Positions 14,372-29,391 of a stretch of 64,000 bases of DNA are shown here, one piece after another. The stretch comes from Octopus vulgaris (taxonomy: Eukaryota). The DNA lies in contig OX597816.1 of assembly GCA_951406725.2 (NCBI GenBank), forward strand, positions 152,644,001 to 152,708,000, given 5' to 3'. Made by a program: the position numbers and the translations under genes. The stretch's first letter is position 1. Each line of letters opens with the position of its first letter. The notes under the pieces were generated by a model that had not been told where the DNA came from, ran no database searches, and worked only from the letters and a program-made list of their open reading frames with translations.

Positions 14372-15807
14372 TATACACACACACACATACACACATATAT
14401 ATATGTATGTATGTATTTATAAGTATTTGTATATACATTCACACACACATACATACATACATACATACATACATACATACATACATACATACATACATAC
14501 ATACATACATACACATAGACACCTAAATTTACTTTAGATTATGTGAAATTCATTAATGAAATAATACACACACGTAGATTATAAAATGAATTTATAGTTG
14601 TTTAAATCCAAGTTAACTCTGATTGATCTTATTTGTGACCAAATACATTCCCGTCGAGTCCATGCTATCATTTTAAGGACATTCATGAAATAGTATTTAA
14701 TGTGTTTTTAAAGACGGTGAGATCTTATTTTCTGGGAGATTCAATATCTGTTTTTGGCAAGAGGTTCTGCCAAATAGAAAATTCCTTCCTGTGACCGAAA
14801 TAGTAAATACAATATATGAATCTGTCTCAAATTAGTAGCATGATACCGTTGTATAAGGAGGACATAGTCAAATGATAAAACATATTTAAAGGTGAGTCAC
14901 TGCTAATACAGTTTGGCACTATTTCTACACAGCTTTCTAATTTTCTGTACGATTTATTGCCACAGTATACTGTCATTTAAATACATGATATTATGACATG
15001 GAGAGTTGGACGTTTGTCGTTCAAACCCTTCTTGAATGAATTAACAGAGAACATGAAATGAAGATTAGACAAGGGAAATCAAAATATCCCAGATTCAACT
15101 CGTCAAGGAAATCATTTCATACTTTTTATCAGACGTACCAAAATCAAAGTTAACCAAGACAGGATTTGAACTCGTATATGCGAAACATCAAACAATATAT
15201 AAAGTTTCAATCAACCCGATTTTCCTCGTTCTAACTAATACAAAAATGTCCTGGACCTAGAGTTATTGGATAAAATAGGCTATTCGGGTTTTCATACTTA
15301 TAGCAGTACTTTAAAGCAAGTCCATATAACATAATTATATATATGATTGATTAGTAAATCTATAATTAATCAATATATATTCAGTTTGCTAGGATGGCGA
15401 CCATGAGCTATTTTAAGTGAGAAATAAGAAACATAACCTACATACATACATACATACATACATACATACATACATACATACATACATACATACATACATG
15501 CATGCATACATACATACATACATACATGCATGCATACATACATACATACATACATACATACATACATACATACATACATACACACATGCATATTACATAC
15601 AGATACAGACCACAAATACATACACACACAATATTTGTGTATATATCCACTGCAGTCGTGTTTGTGTGTGTGCGTGAGGGTGTTTGTGTTTGTGAAAAGA
15701 GACTAAGAGATAGATAAATTGGCTGATAGGTAGATATAGAAACAGGAAAAGAAAGAGAAAGGAAGAGAGAAAGAACGATGGAAAAGCGGAAGACAAAAGA
15801 GAAAGGA

Positions 15808-15879
<72 letters not shown>

Positions 15880-16323
15880 GGGGAGAGAGAGAGAGAGGAA
15901 TTGAATAGTGTTACAGAAAAAAATAATGAGAATGAAATGGATTCAATCCAACTCGGAGTTCACTCCCCTGAGAATTGCAGATCTGAAATTAAAAGCCACA
16001 AAAAAGAAATCCCTCCATCCCTTCACCACCACATTGTTTCTCAGGACAAAGCAAAAGTTATCAACAAACATTCTCAAAGGTTTTATTTTGTATTTTTAAC
16101 TCCCATTTCGATCAAATTCTTTTTAAGGATCATAGCAGCAACAGCAACAGCAAAACAACAACAACAACAACAACATCAATATCTACGAAAGCAGCAACAA
16201 AAATAACTAAAAGTTTTGTCGGTGACAATGATGAGGTCGAAGATGGTGAGAGGGAGAAGAGGTGTAGGTGTAGCTTGGAGGTATACAGAATGTGCATGGG
16301 ATGTTTTGACAGTTATATCTTCC

Positions 16324-16394
<71 letters not shown>

Positions 16395-18182
16395 GCTGCT
16401 GCTGCTGATGCTACCGCTGTCGCTACTATTAAAATCTATTAACTGACACCTCAGATTAAAAAAAAAAAAATTTAATCTACATTCTCTCAAACGTTTTTTT
16501 TCTGCGACTGCATTTTCTAATATGTCCTTATTCCTCTTTATTTCATCAGCAAGATTTGAGGGAGACCTGACGGTTGCTATTTCTAACTTGTCGAACTGCT
16601 GTATAGAAGCTCGTTCTTTATGGATTGAATCTTTGATTGTACCTCGTCGTCCGAGTGAATGCCTCCGCGCTATTTAGGAGGTAAACGACAACATCTACGA
16701 TGATGACAACAACAACAACAACAACAACAACATTAGCAGCAGCAACAATAACAGCAACAACAACAACAGGTTAACAATTTGTCTTGTGTCTTAAGCATCA
16801 CCACCGGGCCCATGGGTGCTTTCAGTAAAGTTCATTCTGTTGCAACATTTGGGCCAGATCGCCTGTCTGAAGATAACTTGCTCACCTTTCTATTGCCAGT
16901 CCTAGAAGCCCCAAAGAAAGACTTCTTTACTCCCCATTAAAGATAAACAAATAAATAAATAAAAAAAATCTTTCGCCGCTATTTCACTACTGTTTGTAGT
17001 GGTAATTATGTTTGTTTTTAGACACATCACACAATGAATCTTCCAACCATGACCACCTCATCTTTTGAGAATTAAATAAGACTACATTATCCTTTCTCAA
17101 GCCAGCAAGCAGAGTAGTATTCGAGGAAGATTTGGCTACTTTTTCTGCCAAATCCTGTGATTTTATTTTTATGTAGATATATACAGAATTGAGAGAGAAA
17201 GAAAGCAAGAGAAAGGAGCAAAGACAAAATGTGTATAAATACGTAAATTACACAAAAAGAACCATAAAAATATAAATGTAAAAGTAAATTGAATGCGAAG
17301 GGAAATAATCAGCAACAGTTGGTATTTATTTTAAGGGAGGTAACTTTGGTCTCGATTATCATCGAAGTGTAGACGTAAAGTGGAGAATATTTGATCAGAT
17401 TTCTTTACACGCCCTCTTGGAGTGAGAAATTGGTTGAGTCAACTGTTAATCGAACGACGTACACTCTGAGTATACATATGTCTAACCGCTCGGCGGGTCT
17501 GTCTATTTAGCAGTATAGACAGTATAAAAGGCACGAACACTGCATGATAAACGAATATTTCGTAAGTTTGCCGGTTCCAAGTCCCATTATGTGACTGGAG
17601 ACGGTTAAATCTAAGACAAAATTCGCCATTTGCCCCAGAGATCTTTGTAATTACATCCCGTTCCACGTTTTAGTTACATACGTATATTTAACAATACAGC
17701 TTACGTTACATTCATCAAGCGCATGTTTCCAATACTAGTTAGATATCTCAAACAACTATTAGGCTATTTAATGCAGTATTTGTCCCGAGATAACATCCCT
17801 TATGGTTTCAATGAATTAAAAAAACAAATTTTAGAAAGATACAAAAAGTCGTCTCAGCAGCGATAACTGAAGCTTCGTAGATTGTTACCTTAAGTTTCTC
17901 GTTTCCGAACTTTCACATGATTATGAAAATTTGAACAAAAACAATATTTAATGAGCATGTTGAGAAGATATTTGAATATGATGGTAAACATTAAATGAAT
18001 AAAATAGAACAAAAGGATTTTATTGGTTAACAGCATAAAAGTTATTTGAAAAATCTCAGTATACATACATACATACATACGTACACGCACGCACGCACAC
18101 ACACGCACACACACACATATATATGTATATGTATATGTATATATATATATATATGTATATTTATATATATATAAATATACAT

Positions 18183-18213
<31 letters not shown>

Positions 18214-18215
18214 CA

Positions 18216-18310
<95 letters not shown>

Positions 18311-18800
18311 GCATGTATGTATACGGATTACACACACAGAGACACATGTGTATGTGTGTGTATATTTGCATACGGGCCATACGTACCTACATGCATGTAT
18401 GGTACATAAGCAGACACTTATTTACACGTACACACATACACATACATAGACACACGCACCCCGCAAACACAAAAGATACAATCTTTGTAACGTAGTTGTG
18501 TACAGTTTCCTGGATTTAATAACCATATCGTTTATATGTAGCGTTGCGTATATAATTACAGTAGCCCTCAGGTAAAATTAAGACTACAGAGAAGAATCTT
18601 AATAATTGGCTTAAGATAAGGAAACAATTTATTCCTAACCACGTCTTCCTGTCAGATTTATTCTGCCAAATAACCACTGAATGATGACATTCAACTCCAT
18701 CATTCTAGGATTTAGATTTCCTCATATTTCTTCCTTACATTTCCACCGCCCGCATTCTTTCTTACTTTTATCATCAGTGTTGTTGTAGCAGTTGTTGTTG

Positions 18801-18880
<80 letters not shown>

Positions 18881-19021
18881 TGTGTTTATATACCTGTGCA
18901 CATCTGTACATCTTTATACCTAGATTTGAAATGGCATGTATGTATGTATGTATGTATGTATGTATGTATGTATGTATGTATGTATGTATGTATGTATGTA
19001 TTTATGTATGTATGTATGTAC

Positions 19022-19052
<31 letters not shown>

Positions 19053-19370
19053 TGTATGTATGTATGTATGTATGTACGTATGTATGTGTCATATATATGT
19101 TAAGTATGTGCGAATATATGTGTGTATGTGCGTGCGTGTGCGTGTGTGTGCGGGCACAACTTCATGCATTTTTTATGTATTTGAATGCTATTGCGTAGTG
19201 TTGTAATGTTTGAAGCATTGTTGCTCTTAAAATTATTACGGCTTTTGATACATGATCAAAGTGCAATAGTAATAATAATAATAACAATAATAATAATTTC
19301 TTTCTCTCATTGTTATTATTGTTTTAACATATGGATACATGTGGATATGTATCTCTAATTACTAAAATAA

Positions 19371-19447
<77 letters not shown>

Positions 19448-20149
19448 ACGCTTTGACCTTCATCTTCAAAAACAATTCAACAGGCAATTCTACCCCGACA
19501 TCTTTCACAATGGAATGTGTAAGTGATGGAGTGAGCATGGTTTCATTCAGTCGACTTATCATTCTCCTTTACTTTTGTTTTCTACCCGATGGTAGAATAG
19601 AATATTCTTTCTAAAGTTAATTATCTAATAGTATTTAATATCTGCTAAAAGACAAGTATTCGATATCATATGTATAAAATCTGCTAAAGATAACTATTCG
19701 ATATCATATGTATGTAAAAGTAGAGTCATTTGTAGCGGCACATTTCGATATTTATACGTATATTTCAAGCATGCAGCTAATAAACAATCGTATTTACGCT
19801 ATTTACGAGATAAAGTCAAAGTTGGGCATAAACTACATTTAAACGTTGGAAATTAAATTAAGATTCAGCTGCAAAATGTTGTTTACAATACACCATTACT
19901 GAGAGCAGAATGTTATTTGAAGTTTGATGGACGAAGTGAAAACTGACACCCCTCCTGATGGTATTGTAGTTATGTTGAACTCCTGTCTTCTTGTATTAGA
20001 GTTCCCTCTTTCTACTGTAATACTTTTAGGTCTTAATGACAATTGTTCGCTGTTATGGGAAGCTATATATTTTCTTCACATTTGGATTACATCTATATAT
20101 ATAATCAAAACTGGTTAGAAATTATTTCACAGTTTGAGGAGCATGAAAA

Positions 20150-20360
20150 ACTTCAGGAGCGGTCAAACTTTGATTCCCAGAGACTTAGTTTGAAGAAACA
20201 GTCGCTCGCAATAACATTGATTCCTTCAATGATGAAAACGGTCTATACAATCATAGTTCAATGATTATATGTTGCTCTGTCAAGTACACAGATTGTTTTC
20301 TGTATAGTGACAATGTATAAAAAAACTCACCAACATTTTGCAGACCGAAGTTTTCTAAAA
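20150..20360 (+). mobile_element. Possible highly decayed Helitron RepHel (PIF1-like helicase) C-terminal fragment
   Basis: ttatatgttgctctgtcaag = LYVALS (cf. GQLYVALSR, helicase motif VI). It is followed by ctcaccaacattttgcagaccgaagttttctaa = LTNILQTEVF* (cf. T.NIVY.EV*). Upstream FP..RLS and KQSL remnants are present. Confidence 0.4.
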
Positions 20361-22331
20361 TTCATTTTTTGTATGAAAATTTATTTCCAGAGAAGGGAAA
20401 TTTTAGAAGTTCTAATGTTAAGCTTTTCTCAAAGACATTAGCGTCGTAGAAGAACTGAAATAAAGAATCAAATTAGGGTAGTAGACTCATCTTACTCAAA
20501 GCTTTGCCTTATATTATCAAAAGAGGGGAGACTGAATGGTATACATGATTTTCTCCATTTGGGGTTGGTTGAAGCGAAATGGTCACTATATTGCTGATTT
20601 CTCTTCCTTCTTTCGTATCTAGTAAGTTCCTGCGTTGAGTTAAAATTTTTTAACTATTGTCCGAATGAAATTTTATTTTAACCAGTTCGAATTCTTTAAA
20701 AACCTCTTTAGAGGAACTTCTTCATTACTTAGTTACTGATTTTCTCTATGTCTTCCGTAATCTATCTGCTTTTTATTTATTAGCAAGAGTAACACGAATA
20801 AGCAGTGTTATATAACAAGAAATATTTTTACCCAATAATCAGGAGATATTTAAAGGTTAAAAACAAATGCAATTTATTTTTTTACGTATATCAATACGTG
20901 AAAGAAGCTGTGTTCTTTTACCTAAGTCTTCCAATGTACCTAAGTGTGTGAAAGTGAGTTATTGCTTTTCAAGTAACTAATTACTTTCAATTTGAACCAT
21001 TCCAACTCAGTTACACTGCATCATATTTCAGTCATATAATACATATAATACATAAGGTTATAGAATTTCAAAGATTCCTTTCTTCAAGTTTTCACTTGTG
21101 TTGCGAGTCTCGAAGACCCACTAAGAACCTTCCAGCAAATCAGCACCACTACACAGTTTAAAATTCCACTTAAAGTCAGTCGTACGTTTTAACAATGCAT
21201 GAAATAGCAACATTCCTGTTAACTCTAGGGTCTATTTTTCTGAAGGAAAAGAAATAAACATCTTGTCAAATTTTATGTCGTTAATATTCTATAGAACGAT
21301 ATGAATTCCATAACATTCTACTTGAGCAGTCGCTGAAAATACAGGATTTTAATGCCTGGATGAACGAACCAAATATTTCCCCTAACTAAAGCTTTTGGTT
21401 GATTGAGCCTGCAATTTGGTTTCGATTCCCAACTCCAGTTATGCTGCTAATTAATGTCCTTAGAAAAAGCACGAATGTCACAATCGTTTTTTTCTCGGCT
21501 TCTTTAGAAATTCAGGGGTAAATGTTTAGACAAAAAATAAATCAATAACCCAATAACCTTTATTCCATTAAACTGTTTACAGCAAAACTACAGCAAAAGC
21601 TAGGGTTATAGCAACATCCGCATCAGCAAAGAAGTGAGCAATGCGTCGTTTCAAACCGTCAAAGATAGAAACAAAATTAAATACAATATGATGATCGGAA
21701 GCTGTTACGGAAGGTTGTGTTTTTATACAATTAATTTAGAACAAACATACGACGGTGATATGGTGTCTTTGCACTGTACCCAGGTAATATAATGTCCGGC
21801 TTAACGATGGAGACAGGATACAACGACGAGGAGATGGTGATGATGGGTGGTGGTAAGAATGAAAACTAGAGGTAGGGGTCATTTGTCATTAAAATTAAAT
21901 AGCAGATGAAAGAAAACACCCTAAAAATATATATATATACATAAGGTTAGAAGATAATGAATGAATAAGAAAGCATCGAAGGGCAGAAAAACAAAGCAAA
22001 ACAGAAGCAAGAAATCATTGTCATGAATTTAGTCTCCCTGTTGCTCCCTTAGCTCCCTGTTGCTCCTTGTTGCTCCCTTTGCTTCCTTTGCAGCCTTTGC
22101 TTCTTTTTCTCTCTTTGTCCCCTTTGTTTCCCTTTTGTCAATCCACACTGCTCCTGCTTTCCTTTCTGCGTTTCCGGGACACAGACACAGGTCTTAGCCT
22201 ACTTTTAAAACATGATGTGTTAAAGTTGTCTTCTGTTATACTCCTCCACCCGACTTCATGTTTTGACCATGTGAGATCGGATTGGAAAAGTTCAAGCGCA
22301 GGACATACGGCAGGAGGTAAAGGGAAGTGTA

Positions 22332-22393
<62 letters not shown>

Positions 22394-22504
22394 TGTGTGT
22401 GCGTGCGTGTGTGCTGTACGCGTGTCTGTGACAATATGAGTGGCTGAGTGCGCGTGTAGTTATGCGGATATAGGTAGATATGTGCTAGTTGTTGCTTAGC
22501 CGCC

Positions 22505-22675
22505 TCACGTCAGCTCTCACCAAGCAGGCCTATAATCATTTCATTCTCCCACCCAGGAACTGAGTACCTGGACTATACATTATTCAGTCTGTCCTTTTTA
22601 AGAAAGCTGGATATAATTTGAGGGAGATTTAGTTGCTATTTCTTGTAGCTCGAGCGAGTACGTAGAGCCTTTTCC
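22505..22675 (+). repeat. Old dispersed repeat, family F (copies also ~14610-14790 +, ~16553-16615 +, ~23717-23905 -, ~53260-53420 -, ~61067-61255 -)
   Basis: Recurrent core atttgagggagatttagttgctatttct...tcgagc...cgtagagc and its reverse complement gcctctac...ctgctaaaaatagc...ccctc. Copies are highly diverged. Confidence 0.55.
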
Positions 22676-22828
22676 TATTGATTCTGGTCTTTTGGTGAAA
22701 GGTATGTGTGTGTATATGTATGTGTGTGTGTGTGTGTGCACTCATGTATATATATGTATGTATGCATGTATGTATGTATGTATGTATGTATGTATGTATG
22801 TATGTATGTATGTATGTATGTATGTATG

Positions 22829-22938
22829 TCATTATTCAGTTTATTTCAAGTTTTCTTGCCAATAGAGAAAGAACCGGTTTCTAACCTAGATACAAGGTTC
22901 CTTCATTTGAATTTCAACATCAACAACAGGGTATTTTT
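22829..22938. mobile_element. ~110-bp insertion inside a (TATG)n array; probable 3' end of a retroelement
   Basis: Unique sequence tcattattcagtttatttcaag...caacaacagggtattttt is flanked on both sides by (tatg)n. Confidence 0.45.
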
Positions 22939-23197
22939 GTATGTATGTATGTATGTATGTATGTATGTATGTATGTATGTATGTATGTATGTATGTATGT
23001 ATGTATGGATGTATGTATGTATGTATGTATGTATGTATGTATGTATGTACGTACGTACGTACGTACGTACGTATGTATGTATGTATGTATGTATGTATGT
23101 ATGTATGTATGTATGTATGTATGTATGTATGTATGTATATATCTATCTATCTATCTATCTATATGTGTGTATATATATATATACATATATATATATA

Positions 23198-23365
23198 TTC
23201 TTTTACTTGTATCGGTCATTAGATTGCGGCCATGCTGGGGCACCACCTTGAGGGAATTTTAGTCGAAAGAAACGACCCCCAGTATTTATTTTGAAGCCTG
23301 CTACTTATTCTATCGCTAAGTTACGGGGACGTAAACACATCAACATCGGCTGTCCAGTGGGGTGG
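23198..23365 (-). mobile_element. SINE family A, 3' part
   Basis: cttttacttgt...tgcggccatgctggggcaccacc...gctaagttacggggacgtaaacac. Confidence 0.8.
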
Positions 23366-23375
23366 AGGAAAAACT

Positions 23376-23408
<33 letters not shown>

Positions 23409-23540
23409 TTATTTCTTTATTGCCCACCACCACCACCACCATTACCACCTCCACTACGACAAGAACAGCAACAAACAACCGCAGCAGCATCTAATCAAAA
23501 TTATTATCAGCGAAAATAGCACCATCATCACCATCGCCAA

Positions 23541-23576
<36 letters not shown>

Positions 23577-24299
23577 CACTACCACTAAACCCGCTACAAC
23601 GAAAAGTAGAACTATACTGTAACTAATACTATATCACAACCACCTACTTACCATAACTACTAATACCATCACTACCATCACAACACAACTACTAAGGTGA
23701 TTCCAGACAACGAAAATGCCTCTACGTGGCCCGTCGAACTGCTAAAAATAATAGCTGAATTTCCCTCAGATAACACTCTACTATTTCGAAAAGTGACGCT
23801 CTAGATAAAGAAGATCCTGGGTTCACCACACATAAGAAAATGACCCTATGGTAACGGTTAGAATGCCTTTGTTCATAGGTTTGTTTGATCAAGGTCGACC
23901 TGGGGCTAGACAATTACAAAAACAATTACAACAGCAGCAAGAGCAGTAGCAACATCATCATCAACAGCATTAGCATCAGCATCACCAGCATCAGCAGCAG
24001 CAGCAGCGGCAATCACTGTAACCATCATCTATCACAGCTACCATCAACCACCACAATCACACACCTGAAAACCACAATAGTCATTTTTACCTGAGATCAA
24101 GAAATGTCGGCCAGTACATCTTCCGGATCATGTTTCTTGCCGCCCTTTCATGTAGGCTGGGTTTACTTATTTTTCATATATTGCTGTACCAGGGGAACAA
24201 AGTACTAAATTCTATTGAGTGGATTTGCTGTAGCATTTAGCGGTGTTTATATTGAGTAAATAGTATTTGGATTGTGAAATGGAATTGGAATTTAAATCG

Positions 24300-24645
24300 G
24301 TCGGCAACACAGGCAACAAATTTGTGATCTGTACGGTCGACCTAGATAAGACATAAACATACGGACACAGGCTACAGGAAAGCGAACTAGTTTGGTTTGG
24401 CGGCAGTTAACATGGAGCATCGTCAATAACGGGACGCTCGGACGATTGCGATTAGAGAAGAATGAATAATGTTTAGCAAAGATGCGATAGAGAAAAATAG
24501 TTGGGCCGGTCAGTCGACTAGTGATGTTAGCAGACTAAACGCGAACAGACTTCGATAGCCTGTTGTAAACGCGGAGTACTGAAAAAATCCGATAACAGCA
24601 GCTGAGATACAGCTGGCGATAAGTGATCGTTCGACGTGCAAATAG
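24300..24645 (+). mobile_element. Possible very decayed RTE-like LINE C-terminal fragment
   Basis: Remnants LVWFGG (cf. L.WFGH), gggccggtcag (cf. GRP) and QLAISDRSTCK (cf. A.DR..WR) occur in the expected order, with many disablements. Confidence 0.3.
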
Positions 24646-25439
24646 TTTAGTACGGATGTTCTGCCACATGAGCTTCATGTATATATATATATATACCACA
24701 CACATTCGCCGATATTTTTTTCAGACTGCAGCTGACAGCAGAATAGGAGTATTTCCGGTTCTGTGAGAGAGGGATTGCGAAGCTATTGTGGAAGAACGCA
24801 AACAAGGTGATATTAATGATATCCGGCACATAATTCTACTGGACGACGACGCAAAAGAAAATACTGAAAAGAGAGAAATTGCTGTACGGCCAAACCCTCA
24901 TTGATTTTATAAGTCCCACTTGGAGAAAAATGGAGGGTGGAAAGAGAGCTGCTATCCTCTCACCCCAGGAAATTTATTGAAAGGTCGATGTCAGTGGTAA
25001 ACACGGTAAGGGTGAACTGATTGAGCTTAATCTCAGCTTGCACATTTAGGGTGAAACATTCCAGCCGGGAGATGACAAATGCCCAGTGTAATTCTGAATC
25101 CTTGAACGACCCTAGGTAACTGCCTTTTACTGGGGACCTTAACTCCTTGTTATCTGTTGCTTCTTTTCTTTTCCTTTTTTGCTCCCACTTTTGTATCGCG
25201 TTTTGTACTATTCCCTATATATATTTGCGACCAATACAGAAATCGTCATCATCATCATCATCATCATCATAATCGTCGTCATCATCATCATCATCATCGT
25301 CGTCGTCGTCGTGGCCGTGGTCGTCATGATGATGATGATGAACAACAACAACAACTACAACAACTTAAACAACATTATTCTGCTTTCTAGTACATGCTCG
25401 AATGCTACGCAACGCTTTCGAAGGGAAATTTTAACATAA

Positions 25440-25565
25440 AATACTAGGCCTGAAATTAGGGTCAGTCGATTAAATCGATACTTGTATTAGACTAGTACTT
25501 TATTTTATCGAGTCCGAAAGGATGAACGGCAGAGTTGACTGTGGGGAACTTGAACTTAGACTCTA
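25440..25565 (-). mobile_element. SINE family B, degenerate
   Basis: aggcctgaaatt...gtcgattaaatcga...ttttatcgagtccgaaaggatgaacggcagagttgac. Confidence 0.65.
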
Positions 25566-25599
25566 AAGCACTGAAACAAATAAATAATTTCAGCCAAAA

Positions 25600-25860
25600 T
25601 ATCAGAAATTATAGCTGCAGTTTCCTTTGCTTTCTCACCAACAACCTCGAGTGTCTGCTTGTATCGTTCACATGATGTTGGGCTATCATTTCCTTGTATA
25701 TTTCCCATTATTCAGATTTATTATTCAGAAGTGGTCACCCTAGGATATAGTTGATCGTTTCTTGACATTGATCACAGGTTGCATCTAAGTTTGATATTTG
25801 ACTTTCTTATGTATTTCTGATGATATTCAGCTGAGAACATTAGTCTTAAGCAGCAACTAT
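25600..25860 (-). mobile_element. Decayed R4/Dong-like LINE fragment (CCHC zinc-knuckle region)
   Basis: Minus-strand remnants HQKYIRKSNIKLRCNL* and QETINYILG*PLL, compared with CR.C...ETI.HI..GC..L in RLE-type LINEs. Confidence 0.45.
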
Positions 25861-26010
25861 CTGGCTTTTAGTTTCACTTCAAGTGAAAGGCTATGAAGTC
25901 TGAAGAACCTCTGATCTTTCCTATGATATTTATTCATTCTTTTTAGGGTTTTTCTTTCTTTACATTTAAAAAAAATTATTGCTATTTAAAAAAAATTCTG
26001 TTATAAATTA

Positions 26011-26372
26011 TCTTTTACTTGCTTGAGTAAATGGCCTGTCTCATGCTGGGACGCTTCTTTGAAGGGTTTAGTCGAACATAATGACCCAGTACTTATTGTT
26101 TTTAACCCGGGTACGTATTCTATCGGTCTCTTTTTGTCCAACCGCTAAATAACGAGAACGTAAACAAACTAGCAAACGGAGGTGGTGGTGGGATAAATGC
26201 AAACACACATACACATAGATATATACATATAAACGACAGGTTTCCTTCTCTTTCTACCCATCAGATCCACTTACAAGGTTTTGGTCGACCCGGGGCTATA
26301 GTAGAAAGCAATTGCCCAGGATGCCGAGATAGTTGGAAGGCAAATCTCTAACTACACAGCTGCGACTGCGCT
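26011..26372 (-). mobile_element. SINE family A, near full length, diverged
   Basis: Colinear with 54603-54960, including ttggtcgacccggggctatagtagaa and actacacagctgcgactgcgc. Confidence 0.75.
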
Positions 26373-27390
26373 TATAATGTTAAGATTTAAATATAAGTAT
26401 ATCTATTGCCTTTAATATCAGATGTTTTTAGATAATAGATAATTATGTACTTCTCGTTGTATCACCATAAATTATTACTTTGCTTTTTTCATGCATTGCA
26501 ACAATTTTGTTTAATTCGTGAAGGTAAATTATAATATAGACGCTCTGTATATCATCTTCACTTTGATCTCTTTGGGGATAAAAATGTCGTGTCTGACAAC
26601 GTAGTTTGAATTGTTGCTTTCTTCTTTTCGTGTCTAGATATTGGATCATTTGCAACTTCCAGTTTGTACCAGCATTTCTGTGTTCAAATCTCACTAAATA
26701 ACGTCTTCGCTTTTATTATTTCATGGTCAGTAAGTACCTGCCAAATAGTGGAGTCGATTTAAGTGATCATATCCCACCGCTAAAACTCTTGGTTCTTAAT
26801 TACTATTGTTGTTTATGATTTGAGAGATACAGCAAAAGTTTCTTTTCTTACATCATAAAAACGTTTACATACAATTGGAGAGATGCACTCTATTATAATT
26901 ATTTAATGTCATGGTAGTTTGATGGGTAGTGATAGATAGTTGGTTGCGTAAATAATGACTGTTGAAGACACGAGCAATCGAGTGCAAACTACAAAGTCAG
27001 ATATCAATCTATGACAGATATTAAGCCTAGCGCTAACAATACAGGATAACAGCTACAACAACAACAACTCGCATCTCTGATTAATTATATGTCACTAGGA
27101 GCATCAAACACATGTTTTTATATAGTGTGTGCGTGCGTGCGTGTGTGTGTGCGCTTGTGTGTTTGTGACCTTGTCACTTTGTGACAAAGTATATTCATGT
27201 ATGTGCTCATACACGTGTATTCTTAGCAGAATTGTCCGGCAGAATCAGCGTGGCACATTGCACAGTAAGGTTGGACCTTTGATTTAAAGCGGGGAAAACG
27301 GTCCAATGGGTTTCCAAACAGTTTTTGTCTACCAATTTTACTCAACCTTGAGGTCATAGAAAATGGCACACGCCCAGAATGTTAAGTAGT

Positions 27391-27479
<89 letters not shown>

Positions 27480-29391
27480 CACACACACAAACACACACAC
27501 ACGCACACACACACGCACACACGCACACACACGCGCGCGCGCGCATGCATGCATACACACACACATGCGCACGCACATTCTTCAAGCGTTCCTCCTGCCG
27601 GACCAGGAATCTTTGCCCCCTCTTAGCTTTTGTAGGTCTTCAATTTTATGCTGTGTCTGCCAATAAAATCATTGTAGTTCAGTAGTCTTTATCCTCTAGT
27701 AGAGTGCGAATGCTCCTAAAATATACGATTTAATATGGTCTCTGTACATTTCCTCATCAGTTATATCATTAAACCTCGCAAGAAAGATATGAATATCACA
27801 AGATCTAATTTTCCTACCTCTAAAAATATGGGACCTCGTACCGTGTAAACAAAAGCTATTATAAAGCCAGGTCAGTAGTAACGAATACTAATCAATAGTA
27901 ATACGTAGCAGTGGTCAGCTCACGTTGAGTGAATTTTGCGACCTTCTTTCGATTCTCGATTGAAACTATATTCTCTTCATTCGTATTTTGCTAATGTCCT
28001 AGAAAGGCATGTCCAATACAGAATTGTATTTCACTAACTGTAAATATGTTACTGTGACACTGGGATGTCACGGCAGTGCTTATGACCCATGTCCAAGTTG
28101 CCGAGTCTGGTCGGAAGAAGAGATGAAATTATCCCGACAAAGGGTCTGGTCTGAAGGTTTGCAATAGAGAGGGCTCCGCTAAAAAACACTCAAGAATCAC
28201 TCACGTTGTACGGATGATGGCGGTTACAGCGCAATCTCTAGGCAAAAATACCCCACTGTGTAATCGGCATGTGATTCATTTGCTTTTAGTGTTAAGTTCC
28301 AAACGATATTTGAGTGCCATTTAATAAGGTGTCGGCTCCATATGGAAAATTTGCCCTAGATAAACTACATGAAAACGAAATCTTCAAGTGCCGACTCTGC
28401 AACTCAATATGCTACAGGATTTACTCACACCCACAATAGTTTTTTTCTTTCTATATGTCGCCATAAGGGCGGCGAATAAAATAGACCGGTGTGGGTGTTG
28501 CGTCTATTGCTATCTCTGTTTTTCTCTGAAGTCTAACAAAATCCCTAGTTACTGAAACTTGCTAAGTGATATGAACCAAATTCAATAAGAATTTTTGTCA
28601 TGTTTTCATTTTCATTGACTTCTGTTTATAAATTCTTTTCTCACTTAGAGTTCTATTATATTAGTTACATTAGAGTGAGCCGTGGAGCGGAGCGAAGCTT
28701 CCAGTGCGATGAGTTCACAGCTTTGGTTTCAAATCCCGCTTGTAGTTATTTCATATGTTCCTAATACGACTGAAAAGTTTTTTTAATCGATATTCATACA
28801 TATAGTTGATAATGAATGGCCTTTTTACAACGCTCGCTGCTTTTACTGGATCTAATTTACTAAGGTAAAACATTACAAATTTTTAACAGAGGAGACTGAT
28901 ATTGTGTAATATTCGTGGCTTTCTATAATATCAGAGGCGCAAAGAAGTGGGTTGGTTTCAGTGGGAATTCGAATTTGTGTTTCAAATTCTGGTGACTGAA
29001 ATATGTCTGGCTTTGTTCTGCTCACTACCACTACCGACCTTTTTTTTTTTAAATGAACAAAATCAACTTTTGCAGAGGAAAGGATACAGTCAATCGAATC
29101 ATCTTCAGTATAATACAGATACTTATTCTATCGGTCTGGAGAGAGGTAAATGGCAATAAATTCAGAACTTAGAAAAACAAACTTAAATACTATTTAGAGC
29201 CTTGTTTCACAATTTAGTCAATAGCTTTGTTTGACTAAACATAACTTCGTACTTTATTGGCAGACGAGAAGTTTATTGTGAAGCTGATTCCTTTCCTGAA
29301 GTATTAACAATATCAATTCATGAAAATTGATCGGGCTGAGAAGCCATACAGAGTACACGGACTTTATTCACCCGAAATTAACTATTCACTG

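Noticed and set aside
19637-19715. Short tandem duplications (39-bp here, 25-bp at 52583-52633, 16-bp repeat at 7548/7602)
   Set aside because: Ordinary local slippage duplications with no further structure.
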